Source: Octopus bimaculoides (Eukaryota). Taken from it: 64,000 nucleotides of DNA. The notes under the pieces were generated by a model. That model was not told the origin of the DNA. It was given only the letters and a program-made list of their open reading frames with translations, and did no database searches. Both the position numbers and the translations under genes were made by a program. The DNA is taken from NCBI RefSeq assembly GCF_001194135.2, contig NC_068997.1, positions 50,332,321 through 50,396,320 on the forward strand. Reading direction: 5' to 3'. Shown in pieces: positions 1 through 13,465 of the stretch. Position 1 is the first letter of the stretch. Each line of letters starts with the position of its first letter.

Positions 1-1081
1 ATCTTACTTCCTTATGCACATAGTAATTCTGAAGATGATATTATTATTAAAATTAATGAAAAATCATTAATGACACTGTTGATTTTTCTTTAAAAGATCT
101 ATTTTCAACAAAAATTCATTAACATTAATTAGGAGGGCAACAGGGAGATGGCGAGAGGGCAATATTGGATTGGCAGAAATGAGAGAGAAGTAAACTAAAT
201 ACCTCAGAGTTTTGTTTCTTTGGATCAAATCCTGTCTGGTCAACTTTACCTTTCAGCCTTCCATGGTCAGTAGAGTAAATACCAGTCATACAGTTCATTA
301 TTTCTGTCAGCTGTGATCTTTCCTGTTTGTGTGACCACATAACCATGTCACTGAAGATGACTGTGACAGTAGAATGCTGGGATTGATGCTAGTTCGTTAA
401 CTTGTAATACTGAGTTCAAATCCAGGAGGTGATTGTTTTCCACCCTTCATCCATCCATGCTCAATAAGATAATTACCAATTAGGATATTACTGGCACTCC
501 ATCAGTTACGATGACAGGGATTCCGGTTGATCCAATCAACGGAACATTGATGTTCATGAAATTCACTTGCAAGTGGCTGAGCACTCCACGGACATGCATA
601 ACCTTTAACATAGTTCTCAGGGAGATTCAATGTGACACAGAATGTGACATAGTTGGCCCCTTTGAATCACAGGTACAACTCATTTTTGCCAGCTGAGTGA
701 ACTGGAGCAATGTGAAATAAAATGTCTTGCTCAAGGACATAATGTGCCACCAGGTATCAAACTCATGACCTTACAATCGTGAGCTAGATACCCAAACCAC
801 AAAGCCACGTGCCTTCACAGTTAAGATATTATTGGTCTGTTCAATTACCTCTACCATTTGTTTTAGGGGCTTTTTTTTTTTTCTGAAAACAAATGAATCA
901 ATTGTACAATTACTGTAAAGAACTGTGGATTGGCCAAATCAGTAGAGCAACAGGTAAAATGTATTGTGGTATATTTGGTTTCAACCCTTTACGTCTGAAT
1001 TCGAAAATCCTGCTTAGGTCGACTTTGCCTCTCTTTCATTCTTGGTGGGAAGGGTCAATATAGTCAACTGTTTCTTAGCCC

Positions 1082-1733
1082 AGGGCGGGCAAACTGGCAG
1101 AATCGTTGGAGTGCAGGAAACAATGCCTTACGTTATTTCTTCCAGCTCTTTACATTCTGAGTTCAAATCCTGCCATGGTCAACTTTGCCTTTCATCTCTT
1201 CAGGGTTGATAAAATAAAGTACCAGTTAAGTACTGGGGTTCGACGATATTGACTAAACCCCTCCCCCCTTTAAATTACTGACTGGACTTGTGCCTAAATC
1301 AGAAACCATTATTATTATTATTGTTGTTGTTATTGGCAGCAGCAAGTATTTTTGAACCAGGGATATACTCTTGCTGGCCAAGTCTACAAACTGGTTTCAA
1401 TTCCCAGCTGCATTTGATTTACATGATAATGCATGAATAAACATGATATGACCCCATTTCTTCTCTACACTTTGTCCTGGTGCCTGTATAAGAAATTTAT
1501 TTATTGTTATTATCATTAATGCAGCAAGCTGGCAGAATCGTTAGCACACCGGACAAAATGCTTAGCGACATTTCATTCGTCTGTACATTCTGAGTTCAAA
1601 ATCCACTGAGGCCAACTTTACTGTTTGTCCTTTTGGGAGTTGATGAAATAAGTACTTGTACAACACTGGGGTCAATGTAATCATCTAGCCCCCTCCCCAT
1701 AAAATTTCAGGCCTTGTGTCTATAGGAGAAAGG

Positions 1734-1777
<44 letters not shown>

Positions 1778-2075
1778 GGTGGCAAGCTGATAGAATTGTT
1801 ACTGCACCAAACAAAATGTTTGACAGTATTTCTTCCATCTTTACATTCTAGTTGTAAATTCTATCTTTCATCCTTTCAGGGATAATAGAATGAAATACCA
1901 GTCAAATACTGGGGTCAGTGTAATCAACTAACTCCCTCCCTCCCTCAAAATTTCAGGCCTTAGAAGGGATAATTATTAAGTGCAACAGGGAAAATGAGAC
2001 AGCACACCAGACGAAAAACAGTATAGTATTTAGTTTTATCTCTCTCAGTTCTGAGTTCAAATCCAACCAAAGTTT
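1082..2075 (+). mobile_element. Array of ~5 degenerate SINE family B copies (aaggyggygagctggcagaatcgttagc...ctgagttcaaat...aagtaccag) separated by (ATT)n
   Basis: Unit starts near 1082, 1335, 1518, 1776 and 1978. Confidence 0.8.
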
Positions 2076-2183
2076 ACTCTACCCTCCCTTATAAAGATTA
2101 AAAAAAAAAAAAATGGTCATGTACCTACGTGAGATTTTCCTTTTTTTCTTTTGTGTGTGTAATGAGATTTTTTTTTTGTTTAG

Positions 2184-2321
2184 AAGAGGCAAGAGAATTG
2201 CAGCTGGCCAAATTGTTCTGCTGTCCATAATCTTGTTACTGGCACTAAACAGTGTTGATGGCAAAAAGTACCAAAAATCTCAAATGGCCCATTCCATCAA
2301 GTTGTACATAGAGGCCATTAG
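2184..2321 (+). CDS. Candidate orphan exon of an unidentified gene (138 nt, symmetric phase 2), possibly a signal peptide or TM segment
   Basis: Acceptor ttttttttgtttag, donor AG|GTGAGC; single open frame RGKRIAAGQIVLLSIILLLALNSVDGKKYQKSQMAHSIKLYIEAI; non-repetitive; no homologue recognised. Confidence 0.35.
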
Positions 2322-2601
2322 GTGAGCCAGTAAATTTCAAAATGAAAAAAAAAAAAAAATAATAATAATGAATATATAAATAATACTTCATGGCTGTCAC
2401 CAGGAACTAAGCATTAACGTTCAAATCTTCTGCCCCCCCCCCCNNNNNNNNNNNNNTTTCCAGTAGTCTCACTTTCTGTGTCAGGACAGGAACCAACTGA
2501 GGACGGCTGGTGTTTCTGTACAACACAGTAGCTTATTCACTTCATTCTTTTTTTCATGCAACAACATTGTGACAATATTTTTTTAAAATAAGAAACACAG
2601 C

Positions 2602-2642
<41 letters not shown>

Positions 2643-3139
2643 TCTCTTTTAATAATGATAATGGTGATGATATTTAATGAATCTTCCTGAGTTTTCTTTT
2701 TGTTTTTTTATTTGAAACATTCTTTTTTAACACTTATATTTTAACTTTCTGGGCAATATTTCTTTCTTTCCTTCTGTGGAGTTCTACGATTAATTAGTTT
2801 GTTTCAAAGCTATTCACAAGTCAAGGAGGTGAATAAAAGTTGTTTATCCTGCAAAATCTGTAAATTGTTAATTCAACATGTTAATCCAATCTTCTCAATG
2901 ATTATCTCAGATGTTTTGATTAATTAATTAATTAATTTCAACCATCTTGTGTGTGTGTTGTTATTTTGATCAAAAATTTTCTATCAAGGTAATGTAATTT
3001 TTTTTTTTCTCTGTTACTATAACCTCATTCAAATTTTACCCTAACTGTTCCGCTAAAATACCACACCTCCCATTTTGTCTTAGCCATAGTGCCCTTAGGG
3101 ATAGTGCAGGTCCTATGTATTCACAAGAAATAGTCAAGC

Positions 3140-3565
3140 ATTCGTGTGTATATGTATATGTGTGTGTGTATATATATGAGTATATATACATGTGTGTGAG
3201 TATACATACGTATATGAGTTTATGTATACGTGCGTGTGTATGTGCATACAAGTTTATACGTGTGTATGTGTGTGTGTATATGAGTATATATATATATGTA
3301 TGCATGTGTATATATATATATACATGTGTGTGAGTAAACATATGTATATGAGTTTATGTATACATGTGTGTGTGTGTATATATATGTATATGAGTTTATG
3401 TATACGGGTGTGTGTGTATGTATGTATATGTGAATACGAGTTTGTATGTGTGTGTGTGTGTATGAGTATATATTTATACGTGTGTGTATATATATATATT
3501 GTGTATGTGTATATGTATGTATATATACACATACACAAGTGTATGTTTGTTTGTGTGTGTGTGTG

Positions 3566-3601
<36 letters not shown>

Positions 3602-3605
3602 GCAC
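3140..3605. repeat. Compound (TA)n/(TG)n microsatellite with a recurring gagtttatgtatac motif
   Basis: Seen directly; explains the overlapping YI/CV/TH ORFs. Confidence 0.9.
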
Positions 3606-3876
3606 ACAAATGTTTGGATGTACAAACAAAAAGTAAAATTAAAGTTGAGTTTATTCATTGATGCAAAAGGCTGGATCTTCGCACTGTCACATCCTCTGAA
3701 TTTTTTTCCCCTCCTTCCATTGCATTCCTCCGAGTAATTCTTAAAGGAGGATCACAATAGAACCAGGAGCATCAGAGTAGTAAAGGAGTTTTCACTTTCA
3801 ACTCCAAACAAACAATTCATATACCTTAACAGTTTCTTAGTTGTTGATAGATTTCCAAATTATTATTATTATTATT

Positions 3877-4313
3877 AAGGTGGTGAGCTGGCAGAATCAT
3901 TAGCATGCCAGGCGAAATGCTTAATGGTATTTCGCCCATCACTACATTCTGAGTTCAAATTCCGCTGAGGTCAGCTTTGCCTTTCATCCTTTTGGGGTCA
4001 ATAAATTAAGTACCAGTTGAATGATCAATTTCCCCCTCTCCACAAAATCCAGGATGTGTGCCTATAGTAGAAAGGATTATTATTATTATTATTATTATTA
4101 AGGCAGTGAGCTGGCAGAATCGTTAACACGTTGGGCGAAATGCTTAGCAGTGTCTCGGTTGCTGCTATGTTCTGAGTTCAAATTCCACCAAGGTCGACTT
4201 TGCTTTTCATCCTTTCAGGGTCGATAAATTAAGTACCAGTTGAGTACTGGAGTCAATGTGATCGATTGTCCCCCTCCTCACAAAATCCAGGCCATGTGCC
4301 TATAGTAGAAAGG

Positions 4314-4372
<59 letters not shown>

Positions 4373-4797
4373 GGCAGTGAGCTGGCAGGATTGTTATCAT
4401 GTTGGATGAAATGTTTAGTGACATTTCTCTCAGTTCTTTATGTTCTGAGTTCAGATTCTTACCGAGGTCGACTTCGCCTTTCATCTTCTCAGACGTCGAT
4501 AAAATAAGTACCAGTCACGCGCTGGGAGTCAATGTAATTGACTAACCCTCTTCCCCAGAATTCCAGGCCTTGTGCCTGTTGTAGAAAGGATTATTATTAA
4601 GTCACCATGGTAGCAGAATTGTTAGTGTGTAGAACAAAATGCTTATCTACATTTCTTCTAGCCCCTTGCGTTTTGATTTCAAGTTCTGTCGCATACCAGT
4701 CAAGTACTGGTGTTGATGTAATTGACTGATCCCCCACCCACAAAAATTCTGGCCTTGTGCTAAAATTTGAAACCATTATTATTATTATTATTATTAT
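3877..4797 (+). mobile_element. Head-to-tail array of 4 SINE family B copies with (ATT)n tails
   Basis: Units start at 3877, 4100, 4371 and ~4599; B-box-like gagttcaaattcc; tails end agaaaggattattatt. Confidence 0.88.
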
Positions 4798-5277
4798 GTC
4801 AGAATTCAAATCAAGTAGTGCTCGCTTATTAAAACTTCATGTTAGCTAAAATTTAAAAAATTAAAAAAAAAAAACAATTTTCAGTTGCTAATAGTGCCTT
4901 ACAAGGAACTTCCTCAAAGAAAAGAAAAGCAAAAAAAAGAGTAAAATTTTTAAGCAAAAGAAAGAAAAAAAAAACAGGACAAAACTTTTCTTCTCTTCTG
5001 AAATACGTTTCATTGTTAACTGATGCATTTCTAGGTGTAGTTTGCGTTTTAAGCTTCACAATAATTTTAGTGGTATCAACAGCACTGTAGCTGATTATTG
5101 CCAGCTGTTTTTCAAACACAACAGCAGATATTCCTTGTCAATCTAACTTCAGCTTGGATTATTATTATTATTAACTGATATTTGCAAATTCTGTGCATAA
5201 TATTGAAATAGGTGCGTGTGTGTATGTGTATTTGTGTAATATGTATCATCATATATGTGTGTGTGTGTGCATGTATG

Positions 5278-5322
<45 letters not shown>

Positions 5323-7159
5323 GAGAATGTACGAAAAAAACAACAACAGACGAGGACAGGTGGTGTAAACAAAAGGATGTATTAGTATGACGCTCGGGAA
5401 TACATATATATATATATATATACACCATTTGTATATATTTACATATATGCAGTTTGTGTTTAGGTCCCCGTAACTTAGCAGTTTGGTAAAAGAGACCGAT
5501 AGAATAAGTACTAGGCTTACAAAGAATAAGTCCTGGGGTTGAATTGTTCGACTAAAGGCGGTGCTCCAGCATGGCCGCAGTGAAATGACTGAAACAAATA
5601 AAAGAATATATATACCATTTGTATATATCTACATATATGCAATTTATATATCATTTGTATGTATAAATTACATATATGCATACACAATATTTATTTGTGT
5701 GTGTATGTGTGCACATATATATATATATATANNNNNNNNNNNNNNNNNNNNNNNNNNNNNNNNNNNNNNNNNNNNNNNNNNNNNNNNNNNNNNNNNNNNN
5801 NNNNNNNNNNNNNNNNNNNNNNNNNNNNNNNATATATACATATATATATTTATATATACATATATATATTTATATATACATGTTTTTCATTTAGATTCCA
5901 TTGTTTTTTGTCCTTTTAAGGGTTCTTTTTCATCCTTCCTTATTCGTTTTTTTTTTCTTTTTCTTCTTCTTCTTCTTCTTTGCCATTTCATGTCTGGGGA
6001 ATACAAAATTTCGCTACAGTTTCTGACTTGGTTAGTGATGCATGGTGTTGAGAAATGGTGACCTGTAGATTTACGTAGCCATTAAAAACAATTGAAGTAA
6101 AACTCTGTTGAAGGTGGGCAACTCAATGTAGGTCGATATACCGTAGAACTTCCCATAACGATTTTGATTCATCACTTTGTTGAAATTAGACAAAAAAAAA
6201 AAAAAAAAAAATACACCAAAAAACTGAATTCTTTAGGTTCGAAAAATGTACATTTTTTTTTTAAAAAAAATCTCCTTGTAAGTCCAGTCTCTATAGAAAT
6301 GCTACTTACTCATATACTCCAATCTTTACCAGTATTAATTCAATTGGACATATATCTCAATATATATGTATATATATGTATATATTTGTATATGTGTATA
6401 TATATATGTATACATATATGTTATAAATGTATGTATATATATATGTATGTATGTGTATGTATATATGTATATTTTCGTTTCTATCTGTCTCTTTCACTCT
6501 CTCTATCTATCTATCTATCTATCTATATCTATCTCTCACCGACAGTAACCAAAGCAAAGCAAATTTTTTTGAATGCTTTGTTTCAATGGTGACTGCATTG
6601 TTTATTTTTTTTTTTTTTTTTTTTTTTTTTCAATTGTTAGCAGTTATTTCCCAAAAAAAATACAGACGCAGCGTACTGGATTTATTTAAAAAGGACAAAA
6701 AAAATAATAATTAAAACTTGGAAAAAAAAAAAAAGAGAAAAAGAAGAAAAAACTTTTTTTTTTTAAATAAAAGATCCTTTTGTCATTCTTTAAAAATACC
6801 CCCTTGGATATGGTTAAATAGATTGAAATATATTAAAAAGAATAAAAATTTCGCTAAAACCATTTTGTATTTTTTTGTTCTTAATACAGAATATATGGAG
6901 TTGATGCCATAAAAAACAACATCCATGGGATCGGTCAAGACAACTTGTGAATAGAACCAGGATATCTAAATCCGATCTTTATTAACAGCCATTTTGAACC
7001 TTAACGGATAAGGGAAGCACACTAAAGTTTCCCTTTATTTTTATTTTTTTTATTTTTTAGGAGTGGACTTATGGTTAACATTAATTCCTTTTTAATAGGT
7101 TATGTATGTTTTCATTGGCTATGATGCAAAGGGCCACGGAATATTATTGCAAGAGCATA

Positions 7160-7340
7160 TTCAAAAATGAACTCGTTTGAGAACGGTACAGAGTGGACGA
7201 CATAATCGCAGAATACCAAAAGCACAAGTTACATTGGACCAGACATGTCGCAAGGTTCACAAACAACAGACGGGCCCATGCAGCTACCAGGTTGTATCTA
7301 AGAGCTCAGAAAAGGCCACTCAAAATGCCTCCACAATGAT
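7160..7340 (+). mobile_element. RTE-clade LINE, ORF C-terminal relic
   Basis: RVDDIIAEYQKHKLHWTRHVARFTNNRRAHAATRLYLRAQKRPLKMPPQ, similar to the RTE 'KLKWAGHVAR...GRPPxRW' region. Confidence 0.65.
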
Positions 7341-7351
7341 GACAAGATAAT

Positions 7352-7581
7352 TTAACCCTTTTGATACCAACCCGTCTGAAACCACCTCTGGCTCTCCAGT
7401 ACAAATGCCTTGTTTTCATAAGTTCTGAATTAAAATCTCCCACCAAACCTTAGTCACAATTTATGTTCCTAATACTAGCTGAATGATAACTTAGTTATTT
7501 TACTAAATTCTTTGTTATATTTAAAATTAAGTGAAAGAATCACAGAGCATCTCTACAAAAATATGGTAATAAAAGGGTTAA
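7352..7581. mobile_element. piggyBac-like MITE, subfamily B
   Basis: TTAA|CCCTTTTG...AAAAGGG|TTAA termini (TTAA target duplication, CCC...GGG ends). Confidence 0.8.
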
Positions 7582-7861
7582 ACAATTTGGGCCAAGATGA
7601 AAAAGGAAATCACAACCAAGAAAGAAAAGTAATCGCATTGTGACCAGCAGTGTGTAACATCTGATGGCCTTGTCTATACAGTGATGTAGGGTTTAATCTT
7701 TGGTTTTCTTTTCAGTATTTTCTCTCTCTCTTTTTTTTTTTTTTTTTTTTTTTTTGCAATTTGCTTGTTTCTGTATTGTTAAAGCAATTATGCTGATGAG
7801 TGTATACCTTTCTTACAACCACACACACACACACACACCAGTGACAGAAATATAGTCATGT

Positions 7862-8112
7862 AGGAGTGGCTGTGTGGTAGGTAGCTTGCTTACAAACCAC
7901 ATGGTTCCGTGTTCAGTCCCACTGCGCGGCACCTTGGGCAAGTGTCTTCTACTATAGCCTCGGGCTGGCCAAAGCCTTGTGTGTGGATTTGGTAGGTGGA
8001 AACTGAAAGAAGCCCGTCACATATATATATATGTGTGTGTGTGTATGTATGTCTGTGTATCTGTGTTCCCCCCCCCCAAAAAAAAAAAACATCGCTTGAC
8101 AACCGATGGTAT
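7862..8112 (+). mobile_element. SINE family A, 5' part
   Basis: Head consensus match. Confidence 0.8.
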
Positions 8113-9439
8113 TCTAAATTTATCCGAAAATAAAACCCCAAAATAAAATAAAATGGTCATTAATTATGCATGACCCTGACTCAGAGTATCTGATGATGTG
8201 GACTTGTTCTACACATGAAACTTTAATGTGATGCTGAGTCAAGCTGTAATTAAGTATATATAACAACAGCTAAATGTGTTGAGGGCTGCTTTGTGTTTTT
8301 TTTTCATTTGTTTGCTCACTCCTTCATGTATGAGTGTGTGTGTGTGTATAGAAGTGTAGTTGATAGTCAAAAAGCACATTGACCAGTCAACCAAAGGATC
8401 TACAGTACTTTAGCCACCACTCTCATTACACCATAGCTAAGACATTTAACTGTCTCTGCTTTATTGCACTGTAAATGGGAACTACAGTTAGCTAACGCTC
8501 ATCATTGTAAGCAGTGGGGACACTGTATAATTTACTAGTGTTTTGTTGGCTTGCAGAGCTGAGTTCAAGTCATGATAATGCCTTGAAGTAAAGTGGACTT
8601 TGCTGGCCTCCATATCTTCAGCATATATTTGTCATCACAAGTCCAGGCAAGGTTGTTTATGGGAGACCAGCAGTCGCCCATGCATACCAGCCTCCCCTCT
8701 TCTAACCAATGATCTTATCCAAGGGAAAAACAAAGGCTGAATATAGCTTGGCACCAGTGATGTTGCAACTCATTTCTACAGCCGAGTGAAGTGGAGCAAT
8801 GTGAAATAAAGTGTCTTGCTCAAGAACACAACACACTGCCCAGTCCAGTTATCGAATTCACTACCTCATGATAGTGAGCCCAACGCTTCAACCACTGAGC
8901 CATGTTCCTTCACTATAAAAAATATAAAATGAAAATAAAATAACTCTTGTATGACATTGACTGGCAAAGTTAAAGGAATTAAAGGCAGCTTGTCCAAACG
9001 GACAATTTCCTGATATGGTGGTGTGGTTAGAAGTTTGCTCCTTGGCCATATGGTTCTGGGTTCAGTCCCATGGCACCTTGGGCAAGTGTCTTCCACTATA
9101 GCTCCAGACCAACCGAAACTTTTTGAATGGATTTGATTGATGTAAACTGAAAGAAGCCTGTTGTATACATGTGTATTTCTTTGTCCCCCAGGGTCAATTC
9201 ATTTGACTGAAGGCCTACAAAGTGTTGCCCCAGCATGGCTTCAATCCAACCCAATGGCTGAAACAAGTAAAAGATAATATATACTACTTCTGCTCATGTT
9301 TAAGATAACAATCAATTGATGTCACTGCTTACAATCAAATTACAGCCATTATATGTGTGTAAGGATGCATAGCCTAGTATTTAAGGTGTTGCGCTAACGA
9401 TTACAAAATCATGGTTTTAATTCTTCGACTAGGTGGTGT

Positions 9440-9580
9440 GTTCATTATTTACATTTGACGGATATTTGTCCTCATCTTGTTTGTTGTTAACGCAACATTT
9501 CGGCTGATATACCCTCCAGCCTTCATCAGGTGTCTTGGGGAAATTTCAAACCTGGGTTCTCATTCCTAAGGTATTTTTTT
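9440..9580. mobile_element. Penelope-type terminal fragment
   Basis: acatttcggctgatataccctccagccttcatcagg resembles PLE terminal motifs. Confidence 0.4.
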
Positions 9581-11033
9581 ATGTTGTCATTATATCCATC
9601 AAATGTAAATAATGTACATAATTCCTCATCCCTTAAATATAGATCTGTATTTATTTATTTAGTAGTGTTATATATATTGTATTGTAGTGTTGGTTTGAAA
9701 CATTGGATCTGCCCAATTTGAACATAAAACAGAATATTTTTGCTGGATATGGCCAGTTTAAATGCTGAAAGATTAATTTGTTTTTTATATCTAGTTTGGT
9801 GGTGATGATGATGATGATATGCTGCCAAAATTTTAATAAATACTTTTGTGAGTGACAGCATCTACCAAAAAATTCCAAGTGTGCATTCAGCTAGGTATTT
9901 GAAGCTTTGATACTGTGCAACACTACTGTCTTCTCTGCTGTGTGCATAACTGACAGCATTCCAGGGAGAGACAGGCAGACTGCTACGTTTACTGCTGTTT
10001 CTCCACCTCTTTCTTGTCTGACAATAGGATGTGGTTTGAGGGAGACTTCACTGGTATTTCTCAGAATACATGTTACACTAACTTCCATATGATCTGGCAA
10101 ATAATAATAATAATAATAATGCATTTAGCATAGTGAGTATTCATTTTCTTAGTGGGGTTCATGAATGCAAAGCAATCAATCACACAAGCATATTTACCTA
10201 CACAAATATATATAGCCTGGTGTTGCCATCCAGTTTCACCCGTCCTCAGTCCAATTGTCCAACCCATGCTAGCATGGAAAGCGGACATTAAACGATGATG
10301 ATGATGTATGTATGTATGTATGTATAAAATTATAATACAAGATAATGGAATGAACGGACTTCTTGTATCATAATTTCTTGTATTATAATCTTCTTTTTTT
10401 TTATGAATTCTGCATACACTAACAGATTTCCACATGCATATCCAGTAAAAGGATTATCCCTGCTGTGTGACTGCATATGATAGCCGATAACTGTAGAGGA
10501 GCTTTAAAATGCATGTTATAAGTTTATTACCCAGATGATATTATATAAACACACACACACACATGCACACATACAAAATGATTGCACAAACTTCTTTGTT
10601 CCAGTTGCAAAAGCACTCGCATGCCATCGGAAGCTCTTCTCATCCCATCAGGTATAAAACTTCAGGATTTCAGCCATCAACATTGGCATAGCGCTAGGCA
10701 TTTCACCAGGCGTGCTAACGATTTTGCCAGCTTGCCACATTGGTTGTGAATATTCAGTCTTTCTCTGGAGGGAAGAATGTACCACTCACTATAAACAAGT
10801 GTATAGAGGGGGTATGAAATGTTTTAGCACAGCCATTTGGGTGCCACCTTTTCTTGGCAACACTATTTCAATGCTGACTTATTTGACATCAGACGTTTTA
10901 ATGCCTCTCTCTTTCTCTCTCTGACACTCCATTGGTTACAACGACAAGAGTTCCAGTTGATTTGATCAATGGAACTGCCTGCTCAGGAAATTAATGTTCA
11001 AGTGGCTGAGCACTCCACAGACACATGTATCTC

Positions 11034-11262
11034 TAGCCCTTTCGTTACTGTATTTATTTTGAAATGCTCTCTGTTTTTCTTTCAATTACTTTAAATATAA
11101 CAAAGAATTTAGTAAAATAACTTAGTTATCATTCAGCTAGTGTTAAGAACATAAATTGTGACTAAGGTTTGGTGGAAGATTTTAATTCAAAACTTATGGA
11201 AACAAGACATTTGTACTCAGAACCAGAGCCAGTTTCAGCCAGGTTGGTAACGAAAGGGTTAA
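11034..11262. mobile_element. piggyBac-like MITE nested in a SINE family D copy
   Basis: ccctttcgttac...gtaacgaaaggg TIRs with TTAA on the right; the SINE resumes (agtagttct) directly afterwards. Confidence 0.8.
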
Positions 11263-11529
11263 AGTAGTTCTGATTGATTCAGCATCGCACACAATGTGAC
11301 AAGGCTGGCCCCATTTGAATTAAAAGTACAACTCATTTTTGCCAGCTGAGTGGACTAGAGAAATATGACATAAAGTGTTTTGCTCAAGGACACAACACAG
11401 CACCAGGAATTGAACTCACAGCCTTATGGTCATGAGCTGAATATCCTAACCACTATGCCATGTGGCTTCACTCCTGGAAAGATTAGAAGAAAGTAAGGAG
11501 GCAAGAAATAACATCAGCTAGAGTAGAAT

Positions 11530-11790
11530 CTTGGAATCGGGTAAAGAGATAGCTCAACAAGAGGCTGGAAACAAGATGTTTGCCAATGTTTCGCAATGAG
11601 GGTAGTCAGAGTCACAAAGTGGTCTTGATCACAGAGCAGTGTGTCTGTGAAAGTCAAGATGTCATTGGAGGAAACGTGTATGGAAGGACAGAAATGCTCT
11701 TATCTTCACTAATGCCAAGATGAAAGAAAATGTTTTGGAATGATTGTTGCTATAGGAGGTTACTGAACGAGGAGAATGCATTGGGAAAAG
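11530..11790 (+). mobile_element. RTE-like LINE relic
   Basis: YRRLLNEENALGK motif, with frameshifts. Confidence 0.5.
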
Positions 11791-12165
11791 AGAGACTAAC
11801 CCACCACAACCACACACACACACATTCTCTCCCTGAGTGAAGGACAGATGATGATGATGATGACAATGAAGTTCCCCCATTAATATATTCATTGTCAAGG
11901 AGACAGACCTGATGAAAAATGGTGGACGTCAAAATGCAGGGTAGAGATCAGATGATGAGGGCACAAAGAATACCTGGCACTTCTTCGTCTCCCACCAACT
12001 CTGACCTGCAATAAATGCCCCTGGCTCTTCCATACCACTCTTGGCTTGAGCAGCCAACTCGGCCACCAGCACCCTTCACAGCTGTCAGGGAGGCTGGGAT
12101 ATAACCTGCAAATCTGCTGCTCAGAGACAAGTTGGCACGACTGCCCAAAACATATATATATATAG

Positions 12166-12650
12166 CTTGCTTACCAACCACATGGTTCCGGGTTCAGTCC
12201 CACTGCATGGCACCTTAGGCAAGTGTCTTCTACTATGGCCTCAGGCCGACCAAAGCCTTGTGTGTAGATCTGGTAGATGGAAACTGAAAGAAGCCTGTAG
12301 TATCATCATCATCATCATCGTTTAACGTCCGCTTTCCATGCTAGCATGGGTTGGACGATTTGACTGAGGACTGGTGAAACCGGATGGCAGCACCAGCCTC
12401 CAATCTGATTTGGCAGAGTTTCTACAGCTGGATGCCCTTCCTATATATATATATATGTATGTATGTGTCTGTGTTTGTCCCCCCCACCATCGTTTGACAA
12501 CCGATGCTAGTGCGTAACTTAGTGGTTCAGCAAAAGAGACCGATAGAAAAGTACTAGGCTTACAAAGAATAAGTCCTGGGGTCGATTTGTTCGACTAAAG
12601 GCGGTTCTCCAGCATGGCCACAGTCAAATGAGTGAAACCAATAAAAGAAC
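12166..12650 (+). mobile_element. SINE family A with a family C fragment nested in its central microsatellite (~12302-12440)
   Basis: Head at 12166, catcatcgtttaacgtcc insert, tail resumes at ~12465. Confidence 0.75.
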
Positions 12651-13465
12651 ATATATACATGTATGTGTATGTGTCTGAATCTATGTACGTATATGTATGT
12701 GTGCGTGTCTGTATGTATATATGCATATACATATGTGTGTGTGTGTATCTCCAGTTGACTAGCTCAGCACTAATCCATCAGATGTGAGATCAAATACATT
12801 CCAGTCGTGGCCATCCTGTCTTTTATTCGTATATAATATATTGAGACTACACCATCAAGTTTCATCTTTTTTAACATGCTAAGGTATAATCTGTGAGAGA
12901 TTTAGCTGCTATTTCTCGCAAGTAGAGTAACTATGTCCTCTAGAAAATGCAAGGCTGGGAGCCAAAGTTTCACTAATACTTTCATCACAGTGGACCCGAG
13001 TATGGTAAGGTACATAACTCTGTCTCGACTACGAGGGTTTCAGAACAAGTTACATCCCCTTATTTAAATAACAAAACATCAAAAATTAAATTGATTTTCC
13101 CAATGTATTTAAGCTTCGTGTTTCTCCCGAGATTTGAATACAATGATTCTATTCAGTGTCTTCCTCACCACAAAACCAGCAAGTATGATGTGAACTATAC
13201 GACACTGAGGAGGTCTCATTAGGCATAAATATGTTTGGAGTTGTCTCCCATATTTGCTGATGGGATTAAATTAATATTTATTCATTGAGCTTTACAGTGT
13301 CCTCTCCTCATTACATAATTATTTCTGAGATGTTTTGGTTCTCCCGACATTAAATATGTGAACCTCTACTCTGTAATTGAGTGGTCAATGCTAGAAAAGG
13401 TGAGGTTATCCTGCTATAAGATTGCATCATATCTAATAAAAAGTCAATAAATGAATGAATGAATA

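Noticed and set aside
125-346. 73-aa minus-strand ORF that looked like a coding exon
   Set aside because: The sequence aligns to the SINE family B consensus (gaaaggtaaagttgacc...atttga), so the open frame is incidental
3036-3737. Multiple overlapping YI/CV/TH-repeat ORFs (also at ~5150-5900, 6160-6700, 14200, 20360 and 63170)
   Set aside because: Translations of (TA)n/(TG)n microsatellites or N runs
8177-8246. tgactcag...ctgagtca stem with TGATGA inside
   Set aside because: Box spacing is incompatible with a C/D kink-turn, and there is no host intron
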